A stretch of DNA of 64,000 nucleotides from Terriglobia bacterium (GCA_965198225.1 CBDAOY010000008.1:352001-416000), one strand, 5' to 3'. Shown: positions 9,277 through 21,375, numbered from the stretch's first letter. Notes: generated by a model not told the origin, from the letters alone. A program made the numbers and translations.

Positions 9277-11193
9277 ATGAGCAAAATTGTTGGAATCGAC
9301 CTCGGGACCACGAACTCCGTCGTCGCCGTGATGGAAGGCGGGGAGCCCGTCGTAATCGCCAACCAGGAAGGCGGTCGGACCACGCCGTCGGTCGTCGCGT
9401 TTGCCAAGGACGAACGTCTCGTCGGCCAGGTGGCAAAGCGCCAGGCAGTGACGAACGCCGACAACACTATTTATTCAATAAAGCGGTTCATGGGCAGGCG
9501 TCGTGACGAAGTCAACGAAGAGATGACGATGGTTCCGTACCAAGTCGTCGACGCGAAGACTGACGTCCGGATCGAAGCCGGAGGAAAGCAGTATTCACCG
9601 CCGGAGATCGCGGCCATGATCCTGCAGAAACTGAAGTCCGCTGCCGAGGATTACCTCGGACAGAGTGTGGCTCAAGCGGTGATCACGGTACCCGCCTACT
9701 TCAACGATTCCCAGCGCCAGGCGACGAAAGACGCGGGCAAGATCGCCGGTTTGGAAGTGCTGCGCATCATCAACGAGCCAACGGCAGCTGCGCTGGCATA
9801 CGGGCTGGACAAGAAGAGCGATGAGACGATCGCTGTTTATGACTTCGGTGGCGGCACGTTTGACATATCAATCCTCGAAGTCGGTGAGGGAGTCGTCGAA
9901 GTCAAGGCGACCAACGGTGACACCCATCTGGGAGGCGATAACATCGACCAGGTCATCATCGACTGGCTGATCGTGGAGTTCAAGAAGGACCAGGGAATCG
10001 ACCTCTCGGCCGACAAGATGGCCCTGCAGCGACTCAAGGAGGCCGCCGAGAAAGCCAAGTGCGAGCTGTCGACCACGCAGGAGACTGAGATCACGCTGCC
10101 GTTCGTCACCGCCGACGCGGCAGGTCCGAAGCACTTAAACCAGAAGCTGTCCCGCGCGAAGCTCGAGTCCCTGATCGAAGATCTGCTCCAGCGCACCGTC
10201 ACTCCGTGCAAGCAGGCCTTGAAGGATGCCGGACTCAACCCGAGCGACATCGACGAGGTCGTTCTGGTCGGAGGCTCGACGCGGATTCCACGGGTTCAGA
10301 GCATCGTCAGCGAGCTCTTCGGCCGCGAGCCCCACAAGGGCGTGAACCCCGATGAAGTCGTCTCGGTCGGCGCCGCGATCCAGGCGGGCGTGCTGGGCGG
10401 CGAAGTCAAAGACGTGCTGCTCCTCGACGTGACGCCGCTGTCGCTGGGAATCGAAACGCTTGGTGGTGTCTTTACGAAGCTGATTGAGCGCAATACGACC
10501 ATCCCGACACGGAAGAGCGAGATCTTTTCAACCGCGGCAGACAGCCAGACCTCCGTCGAGATCCACGTCCTTCAGGGCGAGCGACCGATGGCCAAGGACA
10601 ACCGAACGCTGGGCCGGTTCCATCTGGTAGGAATCCCACCGGCTCCCCGGGGGGTGCCTCAGATCGAAGTGACTTTCGATATCGATGCCAACGGAATCGT
10701 GAACGTCTCTGCCAAGGACATGGGGACCGGAAAGGAGCAGAAGATCACGATCACCTCCTCGAGCGGTCTGGGCCAGGACGATATCGACAAAATGGTCAAG
10801 GAAGCCGAAGCCCACGCTGAGGACGACAAGCAGAAGAGCCAGGAGATCGAAACCCGGAACCGGGCCGATTCTCTCGTCTACCAGACCGAGAAGTTGATCT
10901 CGGAGAACAAGGACAAGCTGGCCGAAAGTGACGTGAAGACCGTGGAAGCGGCGATCGCCGACTGCAAGAAGGCGTTGGAGGAAGGGGATACCGCGCGCAT
11001 CGCCAGTGCGACCGACGCCCTGACACAAGCCTCACACAAGATCGCCGAGGCACTGTACGGTCAGGCCAGCGCCGCGTCCGCCGACGGTGCCTCGGGCGGC
11101 GACGCCGGGCCCGGCGGGGGCGGCGAGAAGGCCGACGACGACGTGATCGATGCCGAATACGTCGACGTCGACGATCAGAAGAAGGAGCAATAA
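9277..11193 (+). CDS. dnaK: Chaperone DnaK (Hsp70)
   Basis: [25 protein letters not shown], acidic C-terminal tail. Confidence 0.99.
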   Translation: MSKIVGIDLGTTNSVVAVMEGGEPVVIANQEGGRTTPSVVAFAKDERLVGQVAKRQAVTNADNTIYSIKRFMGRRRDEVNEEMTMVPYQVVDAKTDVRIEAGGKQYSPPEIAAMILQKLKSAAEDYLGQSVAQAVITVPAYFNDSQRQATKDAGKIAGLEVLRIINEPTAAALAYGLDKKSDETIAVYDFGGGTFDISILEVGEGVVEVKATNGDTHLGGDNIDQVIIDWLIVEFKKDQGIDLSADKMALQRLKEAAEKAKCELSTTQETEITLPFVTADAAGPKHLNQKLSRAKLESLIEDLLQRTVTPCKQALKDAGLNPSDIDEVVLVGGSTRIPRVQSIVSELFGREPHKGVNPDEVVSVGAAIQAGVLGGEVKDVLLLDVTPLSLGIETLGGVFTKLIERNTTIPTRKSEIFSTAADSQTSVEIHVLQGERPMAKDNRTLGRFHLVGIPPAPRGVPQIEVTFDIDANGIVNVSAKDMGTGKEQKITITSSSGLGQDDIDKMVKEAEAHAEDDKQKSQEIETRNRADSLVYQTEKLISENKDKLAESDVKTVEAAIADCKKALEEGDTARIASATDALTQASHKIAEALYGQASAASADGASGGDAGPGGGGEKADDDVIDAEYVDVDDQKKEQ

Positions 11194-11200
11194 GCCGGGG

Positions 11201-12307
11201 ATGGCCAGCAACCTCTATCTCATTCTCGGAGTCGGGAACGGCGCCACCGTCGCGGACATCAAGAAAGCATACCGGAAGCTTGCCCGCCGGTGCCATCCCG
11301 ACATCAACCCGGGGGACCGAGCGGCCGAGGATTTGTTCAAGCGAATCTCCGAGGCCTATGAGGTTTTGAGCGATCCCGACAAACGTGGTTTCTACGACCA
11401 GAACGGTTATTACACCGAGGGTGTGCTGGAGCCCGCAACCGGATCACAGTGGGATTTCAGGTTTGATGGTTTTGCATCCGCCGCTTCCGAGGGAGGGGGT
11501 TTCGGCGACCTCTTCGGGCAGTTCCTGAATCGGGCGCCGGCTTCGTCCGACGACGGAGCCGGCGGGGACCTGGAATGCCAGGTGTCGCTCACTTTTGAAG
11601 AGTCCATGAATGGCGTCGAGACATGGGTCAGCGTTTACAGGAAGAAGTCCTGCGCGCGATGCGAAGGATCGGGCCGGGCGCTCGGGGAGAGTGAGGGGAC
11701 CTGCCGCAGCTGCCGCGGCTCCGGCGAACTGATCAAGGCGAAGGGTCGCCTCCGATTCTCGCTGACGTGTCCCTCCTGCCAGGGGCTGGGAAGAGTCGCG
11801 GTGGCCTGCTCGGCCTGTGGTGGAGACGGGCGTGTCGCCCGGAGCGAGCGTGTCTCGGTGAACATCTCTCCGGGAGTGAGCACGGGTTCGCGAGTGCGTT
11901 TTCCGGGCAAGGGACATGCCGGCAGAGCGATGCAACCCCCGGGCGATCTTTTCGTTGTCACCAACGTGGAGCATCATCCGTACTTCAATCGCGTGGGCGA
12001 CAACATTTGCTGCACGGTGCCTGTCACTCTCACCGAAGCCGCGCTCGGTGCGAAGATCGAAGTTCCAACGATCGACGGTCGGTCCGTGTTGAAGATTCCG
12101 CCCGGTACGCAGAGCGGCCAGACTCTTCGAATGCGCGGCAAGGGTGCCCCGTCGTTGCGGGGGAACGGCGTGCGAGGCGATCAATACGTCGAAGTGAGAC
12201 TCCGGACGCCGCGAATTGCCGACGAGCGTTCCAAGGAGATACTCCGGGAACTGGCTCGCCTGAACCCGGAAGATCTACGGAAAGATCTGGAAGTCTATGA
12301 CAGTTAG
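11201..12307 (+). CDS. dnaJ: Chaperone DnaJ (class A)
   Basis: J-domain with HPD, G/F-rich region, four CxxCxGxG repeats, C-terminal domain. Confidence 0.95.
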   Translation: MASNLYLILGVGNGATVADIKKAYRKLARRCHPDINPGDRAAEDLFKRISEAYEVLSDPDKRGFYDQNGYYTEGVLEPATGSQWDFRFDGFASAASEGGGFGDLFGQFLNRAPASSDDGAGGDLECQVSLTFEESMNGVETWVSVYRKKSCARCEGSGRALGESEGTCRSCRGSGELIKAKGRLRFSLTCPSCQGLGRVAVACSACGGDGRVARSERVSVNISPGVSTGSRVRFPGKGHAGRAMQPPGDLFVVTNVEHHPYFNRVGDNICCTVPVTLTEAALGAKIEVPTIDGRSVLKIPPGTQSGQTLRMRGKGAPSLRGNGVRGDQYVEVRLRTPRIADERSKEILRELARLNPEDLRKDLEVYDS

Positions 12308-12698
12308 GAAGAAGGCCAAAGCTGCCCACATGATCAGCGCAGTGGCCGAAACCTACGGCATCCATCCGCAGACGTTGCGGCTCTATGAGAGGGAAGGCCT
12401 GCTGAAGCCCTCCCGTTCGGAAGGCAACACCAGGCTCTACACCGCGGAAGATCTCGAGCGGCTCGAGCTGATTCTGAGTTTGACGCGGGACTTAGGCGTG
12501 AACCTGGCCGGTGTCGAGGTCGTCCTCAACATGCGGCAGCGGATCGAAGAAATGAAGACCGAGATGGCGGAGTTCGTAAAGTACGTCGAAGACGAGATCG
12601 TCAACCGATCTCCCGAGATGAACAGGAAAATACAGCATGCACTCGTACGCGTCCGACCGGCGCACGTCGTGCCGGTCAAAGACGGGAAGGAATCATGA
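12297..12698 (+). CDS. hspR: MerR-family heat-shock repressor HspR
   Basis: ISAVAETYGIHPQTLRLYEREGLLKPSRSEGNTRLY...LGVNLAGV; directly follows dnaJ. Confidence 0.9.
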   Translation: MTVRKKAKAAHMISAVAETYGIHPQTLRLYEREGLLKPSRSEGNTRLYTAEDLERLELILSLTRDLGVNLAGVEVVLNMRQRIEEMKTEMAEFVKYVEDEIVNRSPEMNRKIQHALVRVRPAHVVPVKDGKES

Positions 12699-13549
12699 AT
12701 CGCCTGGACAACGAACGAGCTACTCGACACGACAACCTTCGGGCGTACTTGCGTGACATTGCCAGGTTTCCTCAGCTGAGTCCCGTAGAGGAGAAGGACG
12801 TCGCCCTGAAGGTCCGGGCCGGCGATGAGGAGGCCTTCCGAATGCTGATCGAGGCCAACCTGCGATTCGTCGTGTCGATGGCGAAGAAATACGCGCGGTC
12901 GGGCTATCCCATGCACGAGTTGATCAACGAAGGCAATCTCGGTTTAATCGAGGCCGCCCGCCGCTTCGATCCGGACCGGGACGTTCGGTTCATCACCTAT
13001 GCCAGCTGGTGGGTCCGACAGGCGATTCTGGCGGCGATTGCCCACTACGGTCAGGCGTTCAGCATTCCACCGAAGCTGAAACACGAGGTTTATAGGTTCG
13101 AGACAAAGGTCGGGCGCCTCACCCAGGAGCTGGGACACCGCCCGACGCTCGAGGAGATTGCAGAAAACCTCGACATCGAAGAAGCCGAAGCGGAGGCTCT
13201 GATGGGCGCCATTCCGAAGGAAGTGTCCTTGAACGCCCCGATCGGCCACGACAGCGGGATCGAGCTGGAAGACCTGATCAAAGACTCGTCGATCGCGCCG
13301 ATCGACACGGCACTGATCGCCCAATCCTTCGAGCGAGAACTCTACGAACTGTTGGACCATCTCGATCGGAAAGAGCGGTTCATCGTGGAACGACGCTTCG
13401 GGCTGTACGATCGGAGGCCACAGACTTTAGCCGAAGTCGGCGAGGAGTTGAATCTGTCCCGGGAACGAATCCGCCAGCTCGAGCAGCGCGCCCTGGCCAA
13501 ACTCCGCCGCTCCCAGCGCGCCAAACAGCTGATGGGCTACCTGAACTAG
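12695..13549 (+). CDS. Sigma-70 family RNA polymerase sigma factor (regions 1.2-4, no region 1.1)
   Basis: LRAYLRDIARFPQLS, ANLRFVVSMAKKY, EGNLGLIEAARRFD, FITYASWWVRQAI, TLAEVGEELNLSRERIRQLE. Confidence 0.93.
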   Translation: MNRLDNERATRHDNLRAYLRDIARFPQLSPVEEKDVALKVRAGDEEAFRMLIEANLRFVVSMAKKYARSGYPMHELINEGNLGLIEAARRFDPDRDVRFITYASWWVRQAILAAIAHYGQAFSIPPKLKHEVYRFETKVGRLTQELGHRPTLEEIAENLDIEEAEAEALMGAIPKEVSLNAPIGHDSGIELEDLIKDSSIAPIDTALIAQSFERELYELLDHLDRKERFIVERRFGLYDRRPQTLAEVGEELNLSRERIRQLEQRALAKLRRSQRAKQLMGYLN

Positions 13550-13570
13550 AACTGCCGGTCGCTCGTATCG

Positions 13571-13747
13571 AATAACAAATCTAACAATCTGCAATCTCCA
13601 ATTTCCAATGCGGATTTGTCCATTGAGCAATTTGCGATGGGTTCCTTCTTTTTTCGCCCCACCAAAGAAAGTCGGGTCCTATCGCAGATTGCGTTATCTG
13701 AGCAATCCGCATTGCAAGTTGCTCATTGGAAGTTGCTTCATTTCAAA
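13571..13747 (+). repeat. ~175 bp palindromic dispersed repeat with 7-nt periodicity (copy 1)
   Basis: caatctgcaatctccaatttccaatgcggattt...atccgcattgcaagttgctcattggaagttgcttcatt; homologous to 18788-18963 and 22803-22977. Confidence 0.85.
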
Positions 13748-13835
13748 CACACGTCGGCTCTCTCACGGACCCACTTGCTTTACGGGGTGTTTGCTCAAGC
13801 AGAAGAGTTCCGGAACGAAATGTTAGAATCGACTG

Positions 13836-14576
13836 ATGACCCAAGCGGTGTGTCCGGAGTGTCAGGGGACGGGCTGGAGACCGGTCGAAAAGGACAGGGT
13901 TTCCGGTGTCGAACGGTGTGACTGCACCAAGCGGGTTCGGGCGGATCGTTTGCTTGAAAGCGCCCTGATTCCGCTGCGGTACGCGCATTGTGAGCTGGAC
14001 AATTTCGAGCTCATCCGGTCGAACCAGAAGATCGCGGCGGCCAAGGTCGTGGCCGAGAAGTTCGTCCAGGAATATCCGATGTCGCCTCCGTTCGGCTTGC
14101 TGTTCATGGGGCCGCAGGGAGTGGGCAAGACCCATCTGGCTGTCGGTATACTGAAGCGCCTCATCCGCGAGAAGTCGGTCGCCGGGCTCTTCCGGGCGTT
14201 TCCGGAACTCCTGAAGGATATCCAGAATTCCTGGAATCCGATCTCGCAAGCCTCCGAACTGTCCCTGTTGGCGGCTGTCCTGGAAACCGAGGTCCTTGTT
14301 CTCGACGAACTGGGAGCCCAGAATCCTACGTCATGGGTGAGGGACACGCTGGCCTACGTTCTCAATCATCGTTACAACGAGAACCGCGTGACTCTGCTGA
14401 CCACCAACTATTTCGATGAGCGCGATCGTTCCGAGCCGCGGCGCGGTGTCGCCGACAGCCTCGTCGATCGTATTGGAGCTCCCCTGAGGTCAAGACTCTT
14501 TGAGATGTGCAAGACACAGGAAATGACGGGCAAGGACTTTCGTAGAGAAGTGAAGCAGGCGGAGCATCACTTTTGA
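13836..14576 (+). CDS. DnaC/IstB-like AAA+ ATPase with N-terminal Zn-binding motif (candidate helicase loader)
   Basis: CPEC...CDC, Walker A GPQGVGKT, Walker B LVLDELG, TTN, RSRLFEMC. Confidence 0.85.
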   Translation: MTQAVCPECQGTGWRPVEKDRVSGVERCDCTKRVRADRLLESALIPLRYAHCELDNFELIRSNQKIAAAKVVAEKFVQEYPMSPPFGLLFMGPQGVGKTHLAVGILKRLIREKSVAGLFRAFPELLKDIQNSWNPISQASELSLLAAVLETEVLVLDELGAQNPTSWVRDTLAYVLNHRYNENRVTLLTTNYFDERDRSEPRRGVADSLVDRIGAPLRSRLFEMCKTQEMTGKDFRREVKQAEHHF

Positions 14577-14599
14577 GTCGCACCGGCTTCGATTCCAGG

Positions 14600-16204
14600 A
14601 TGAAGATTCGCTCACGGTTGCGCGCTGCGACGGCGCTCCTGGTTTTTGGGGGACTCGCGAGCAGCCTCCCGGGTCAGTCGCCAGCCACAGGACTGGCTTC
14701 GATCCGGGCGGATGAGATCCGGTCCAAACTGTCCTACCTGGCCTCGGACAATTTTCGAGGACGTGGCAACGGCACCTCCGAACTGGACGCCGCCGCCCGC
14801 TACATCGCCGGGATCTTCGAGGAGAACGGCCTGGTCCCTGCCGAAGGCGCGGATTACTTCCAGGAATTCATCGTCGAACGCCTGAGTCTTGGCGAAGGCA
14901 ATACGCTGGTCACATCGGATGGACCGTTCAGGGTGGGCCGGGACTTTGTGCCCTACTCGGGTTCCGCTGACGGGAGGGTCCGGGCTCCGATCGTGTTCGC
15001 CGGTTACGGCGTCCAGGCCCCCGAGATCGGGTATGACGATCTGGCAGCGCCCGACGTGTCCGGGCACATCGTCGTCGCTCTCGACGGGTATCCCCGCGCT
15101 GGACGGTCCGACAGCCCGTTCCACGAACTCTCCCCAACCGACTTCACGAGCATTCGAACCAAGGCGCTCAACGTGGAACGCGGCGGAGGTGTGGGGCTGA
15201 TCATCGTGCAGGGCCCACTGAGCCGCAACGTCCTGCCCGTGGGCTACATGGCCGACGGTCTGAAGCCGGATCTTTCACCTCGACGCAGCATCATGGAGCT
15301 TGCCGTAGGGAGTGATGATCCCAAGATTCCGATCGTGATCGTTTCCCAGCACGTGGCGCCGCGGATCGTGCCCGGATTGCGCCCGATTCAACAGTCGATC
15401 GACGAGAGCCTCGAGTCACGATTCATGAGGCTTTCCGGCCCGGCAACGCTCGCGGTTGATCTCCGACGGGAGGCGTACACCGCGCGGAACGTCATCGGTC
15501 TGATCGAGGGATCCGACCCCGAGTTCCAGGACGAGATCCTGGTGGCTGCTGCTCACTATGACCACGACGGCGCCGAGGCCGGGCGGATCTGGAACGGGGC
15601 CGACGACGATGGTTCCGGCACGACGGCGCTTCTGGAACTGGCAGAGGCCTTCGGTAAGGGCGGCGCTCGGCCGGCGCGAAGCGTGTTGCTCGCGGCGTGG
15701 GCGGCCGAGGAGAAAGGGTTGCTGGGGAGCCGCTATTACGTCAGCGACCCACCCGTGCCGCTGGCCGACACCCTCGCGGTATTCCAGATGGACATGATCG
15801 GCCGGAACGAGGACCACGGTGCCGACAGCGACAACGGTGAAGTTCGGGAGCGGGCGACGGAGAACGAGAACACCCTGAACTTGATCGGGAGCGTTTTCAG
15901 CCCGGACCTGGCAGAGCGCGTCGCGCGGGCCAACTCTGAGGTAGGGTTGGAGCTTCGCTTTCGTTACGATTACCGCGACGACGATCTGATCAAACGCAGC
16001 GACAGCTGGTCGTTCCTTTCCAGGAGAGTTCCGGCACTGTTTCTTTTTGCCGGATTCCATCCGGACTACCACCGGACCAGTGATACCGCCGACAAGATCA
16101 ACTATCCTAAGCTCGAGAAGGTCGTGAAGCTCGTCTACCTGGCGATCACCGACTTGGGGAACGCCCGAGGGCGGCCCCGGTTTGCGGATCCTTCCCGACA
16201 GTGA
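14600..16204 (+). CDS. M28 family metallopeptidase with PA domain, secreted
   Basis: Signal peptide; AHYDH, NGADDDGSG, AAEEKGLLGS, RSD, DYH. Confidence 0.92.
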   Translation: MKIRSRLRAATALLVFGGLASSLPGQSPATGLASIRADEIRSKLSYLASDNFRGRGNGTSELDAAARYIAGIFEENGLVPAEGADYFQEFIVERLSLGEGNTLVTSDGPFRVGRDFVPYSGSADGRVRAPIVFAGYGVQAPEIGYDDLAAPDVSGHIVVALDGYPRAGRSDSPFHELSPTDFTSIRTKALNVERGGGVGLIIVQGPLSRNVLPVGYMADGLKPDLSPRRSIMELAVGSDDPKIPIVIVSQHVAPRIVPGLRPIQQSIDESLESRFMRLSGPATLAVDLRREAYTARNVIGLIEGSDPEFQDEILVAAAHYDHDGAEAGRIWNGADDDGSGTTALLELAEAFGKGGARPARSVLLAAWAAEEKGLLGSRYYVSDPPVPLADTLAVFQMDMIGRNEDHGADSDNGEVRERATENENTLNLIGSVFSPDLAERVARANSEVGLELRFRYDYRDDDLIKRSDSWSFLSRRVPALFLFAGFHPDYHRTSDTADKINYPKLEKVVKLVYLAITDLGNARGRPRFADPSRQ

Positions 16205-16216
16205 GGTCCCAACCCT

Positions 16217-16528
16217 ATGAGTATGCGAGACGAAATGCGCCAACTCGGCTACAGCAAGGAAGATGAGTATTTCTTCAAGAAGGATCAGGAACTGCTCGAG
16301 CAGATGCGGGAGCGGGCCGTCGAACGGAAGAGGGAACTTGCCGAGAAGCATAAAGGAAAGGCTTACTGGATGACGTGCCCAAAATGCGGGTCGGAATTGC
16401 AGGAAGAGCGCTACCACGACCTTGTCAACATCGATCGCTGCACGGGATGTTCCGGGCTTTATCTGGACCACGGTGAGCTGGCAATCGTCCTCAAGGCGCA
16501 GCTGAACCGATTCCTTGGCGAAGATTGA
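16217..16528 (+). CDS. Small protein with C-terminal zf-TFIIB-like zinc ribbon
   Basis: CPKCG...IDRCTGCSGLYLDHGEL; helical N-terminus EDEYFFKKDQELLEQMR. Confidence 0.85.
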   Translation: MSMRDEMRQLGYSKEDEYFFKKDQELLEQMRERAVERKRELAEKHKGKAYWMTCPKCGSELQEERYHDLVNIDRCTGCSGLYLDHGELAIVLKAQLNRFLGED

Positions 16529-16633
16529 GCCCGCCGCCAGTCACCAGCCCGGTCCTTCGCTCCCCGGTCCCATGCTGCCTGACTGCTTACCGGTTTGTTT
16601 TCAGCCGCCTGTCTCCAGTTTTCCGGCCGGCTA

Positions 16634-16689
16634 TTGACACCGGGAAACAGCATCCCCTATTATTAGCACTCGACCCTAGTGAGTGCTAA
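16634..16689 (+). promoter_or_regulatory. groESL promoter with CIRCE operator (HrcA site)
   Basis: TTGACA (16634-16639), 18 bp, TATTAT (16658-16663); perfect CIRCE TTAGCACTC-N9-GAGTGCTAA at 16663-16689. Confidence 0.95.
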
Positions 16690-16731
16690 TTCGCAGACGC
16701 AATCTTCTTAAAATCGAGGAGAATAGACAAC

Positions 16732-18698
<1,967 letters not shown>

Positions 18699-18723
18699 GT
18701 CGGACTCGATTCGACTGACGAGC

Positions 18724-18763
18724 AAAAAAAGGCTCCCTTCCCACGAGGAAGGGAGCCTTTTTT
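18724..18763. terminator. Bidirectional intrinsic terminator after groEL
   Basis: AAAAAAAGGCTCCCTTCC-cacga-GGAAGGGAGCCTTTTTT. Confidence 0.9.
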
Positions 18764-18787
18764 AATAGGATTCCGCGGTCTTGCAAA

Positions 18788-18963
18788 TTTGAAATGAAGC
18801 AATTTCCAATGAGCAACTTGCGATGCGGATTATTCAAATATCGCAATTTGCAATAGGCAGGAGGGTTGTCTGTCGGCAGGACGAGACCCATCTATCGCAA
18901 ATTGGTTATCGAACGAATCCGCATTGGAGGTTTGGAGATTGCAAATTGCTCGATTTCTTATTG
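18788..18963 (-). repeat. ~175 bp palindromic dispersed repeat (copy 2, inverted)
   Basis: Reverse complement aligns with 13571-13747. Confidence 0.8.
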
Positions 18964-19008
18964 GCTGGAATCTTCGAGCAGTTCTGATGGGCAGCTCACA
19001 GCTCTTCT

Positions 19009-20028
19009 TTACGGTAGGTCCTCGGTCAAACCTTCCGCATAGGCGAACAGAGCGGGAACCCCGCCGGTATGAACGAAGACGACCGTGTCTTCTCCAGTGA
19101 GTTGTCCCTCGCGTGCGTGAGCGATCATCCCCGCCGCGGCCTTTCCCGTGTAGACCGGATCGAGCAGGATGCCTTCTGTTCTCGCCACCACCAGGATGGC
19201 TTCGCGGCACGCGTCGGTCATCACACCGTATCCGTCGCCCACGAATCGGCCGTCCATCTCGAAACGCCCCTGATGCTGGGTTTCCAGCAGATCGGCCGTT
19301 TCCCGAATCCACTGCCGGGCCATCTCCACCGCAGGCGGTCCGGTTCTGTTCACGTTGATTCCGACCGTTCGGATCGACCGCCCGACCAGGGCCATCCCCA
19401 GCGCCAGCGCCGCAAGATTTCCTCCTGTGCCGGACGTTACGTAAATCGCGGTGGGATCGACGCCGGCCTCTTCGAACTGCTGATCCAGCTCCAGCGCGCA
19501 GCGGATGTACCCCAGGCAGGCCAGAGTCGTCGTTCCGCTCAGGGGAATCAGGTATGGTTTGCGTCCTTCTCCGCGGAGGCGATCGCACTCGGCTTCCATC
19601 AGGGGCGTCAGTAGCCAGTGGTCGTTGTCGGCCACCGTCTTGAAATGGATTTCGGCCCCGAACAACCGACTAAGGAGGAGGTTGCCGGTGTTCTGCTGAT
19701 GCTCGTCGGCGGTGCAGAGAGCCACCGGATGGAGTCCGAGCTTGTTCGACGCTGCTGCGGTCAGGCGGACGTGGTTCGATTGCGAGCTGCCACCCGTAAC
19801 GATCGTGTCCGCTCCGGAGCGGATGGCATCGGCGAGCAGGTACTCGAGCTTGCGGGGCTTGTCGCCTCCCAAGGCCAATCCGGTCAGATCGTCACGCTTG
19901 ATGTAGATCCTGGGTCCGTCGAGCTTGCGGCTCAGGTTGCCGGCAAATTCAAGCGGCGTGGGCAACGCCGCGAGTGCCTCGCGTGGGAATCGGTCGTCGA
20001 GATACGTCAGCCAATCTTGTCGAGTCAT
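19009..20028 (-). CDS. D-cysteine desulfhydrase / ACC deaminase family PLP enzyme
   Basis: IKRDDLTGLALGGDKPRKLEY, QSNH, LDPVYTGKA, FVHTGG; start MTRQDW at 20028. Confidence 0.9.
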   Translation of the reverse strand: MTRQDWLTYLDDRFPREALAALPTPLEFAGNLSRKLDGPRIYIKRDDLTGLALGGDKPRKLEYLLADAIRSGADTIVTGGSSQSNHVRLTAAASNKLGLHPVALCTADEHQQNTGNLLLSRLFGAEIHFKTVADNDHWLLTPLMEAECDRLRGEGRKPYLIPLSGTTTLACLGYIRCALELDQQFEEAGVDPTAIYVTSGTGGNLAALALGMALVGRSIRTVGINVNRTGPPAVEMARQWIRETADLLETQHQGRFEMDGRFVGDGYGVMTDACREAILVVARTEGILLDPVYTGKAAAGMIAHAREGQLTGEDTVVFVHTGGVPALFAYAEGLTEDLP

Positions 20029-20040
20029 AAGACCGCCAAA

Positions 20041-20224
20041 AAGTAGGTGCGATCTATGACCGGAACCATCCATTAGCGTCGGGCCCACCGTCCCCCTCGC
20101 AACGATGGTTTGAGCGTTCAAACACCAATCGCCGTGCGTGGATTTGCTGAGAAAGACAGCTGGTCCGGTCCCCCCACGCCTTCCTTGAACCGAAACAGTG
20201 TGCGGTCATGGACCGCACCTACAC
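20041..20224. repeat. REPIN: inverted GTAG-REP pair with conserved ~135 bp core (copy 1)
   Basis: gtaggtgcgatctatgacc...gtgcggtcatggaccgcacctacac; core closely similar to 31730-31914. Confidence 0.85.
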
Positions 20225-20351
20225 CTCGTTCATGGACACGCCCGTCGAAGGGGCTGTCCCCCCCTAGAAAGGCTGTCTTGGAGAAGGATGGTCATGAAAA
20301 GCACCTACGCGGGGAACATGATAAACGGGCGGAGTGTCGGTATCGGTCCGT

Positions 20352-21257
20352 TCAGGCGGCCTTGAAAAACTTGTCGAAGATCTTTCGGAAAAGGCTCTGC
20401 GGGCCCTGGTTGGGTTTTTCCTCGCCGAACGCAGCGTACTCGGCCACCTTCTTCTCGGCCGTAGCTGCAGGCTTCGGTGCGACAGGCTCCGGGTCAACGG
20501 CCTTCTTGTCGAGATCTGTGGGTTTGGTTGACAGGGGTTCCGCTGCGGTTGGAGGTGGGGGCGGAGGCAGCCGTCTGGGGACGAGCTCCAGGGCTTCACG
20601 GTAGCATTCGCTGACGTCGCGGAAGGTGGCTTCCACCCGTTTCTTGAGAACGGCGTCGGGCGTGTTGTGCCAGCGATCCGGATGGAATTGCCGCGCTTTC
20701 TTCCTGTAGGCCCGCTTGATTTCCGTCGCTGTCGCCGTCCGAGTGACGCCGAGGACCTGCCAATAATCTCCCCGTTCGGTCGCGCTGCGTATTTCGGCGA
20801 TTTCCTCCTCGACTGTTTTCGGAGCAGGAGGTTCCAGGGTGACGACGCCCGACACGGCGAATCGCATCAAACGTCTGAGACGTCCCTCACCTTTGTCTCG
20901 ATGGTCCTGAACCACGGTGTTGTGAATGTCGGGGTCCTGGGGGAACAGAATCGTCCACTCTTGGTAGGGCTTCCATACCTTCTGCAGGGATTCGGCGTCG
21001 ATTGATTCCATCGCTTCGATCAGGAGCGCGGCACCACTCTGGTGCTCGTCAGGGGCCGGCACGGTCATCGTGCGGAAACTGAAGTCGAGGGATTCTTCCT
21101 TGAAGCATGGAAAGAAGATCTGATCCGAAGTCACGATAGTGCCATCGGAGAAGTCAACGGAGGTCAAATGATCCGGGAACGTGATGTCCAACCGGCCTGT
21201 GGAGCGGTCGACGATCAGTTGACGGACCTCGCGGGCCAGTTCCAGGACAGTTGCCAT
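20352..21257 (-). CDS. J-domain (class C DnaJ-like) protein
   Basis: Central DYWQVLGV...IKRAYRKKARQFHPD J-domain; uncharacterised N-terminus; Pro-rich linker. Confidence 0.85.
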   Translation of the reverse strand: MATVLELAREVRQLIVDRSTGRLDITFPDHLTSVDFSDGTIVTSDQIFFPCFKEESLDFSFRTMTVPAPDEHQSGAALLIEAMESIDAESLQKVWKPYQEWTILFPQDPDIHNTVVQDHRDKGEGRLRRLMRFAVSGVVTLEPPAPKTVEEEIAEIRSATERGDYWQVLGVTRTATATEIKRAYRKKARQFHPDRWHNTPDAVLKKRVEATFRDVSECYREALELVPRRLPPPPPPTAAEPLSTKPTDLDKKAVDPEPVAPKPAATAEKKVAEYAAFGEEKPNQGPQSLFRKIFDKFFKAA

Positions 21258-21375
21258 ACCTTCCTATCGGCTGCAAAGCGCTGTAACGACAGCCCTAGAT
21301 GCGAGTTTTGCGGGGTTTGGCGGGGTCGGGACGAGTCTCGCGAATCGGCAGTCGGGCGACGGTTTGTGGAACCCC

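Noticed and set aside
13836-14576. IS21 element (IstB-like ATPase)
   Set aside because: No IstA gene or IS21 terminal repeats nearby
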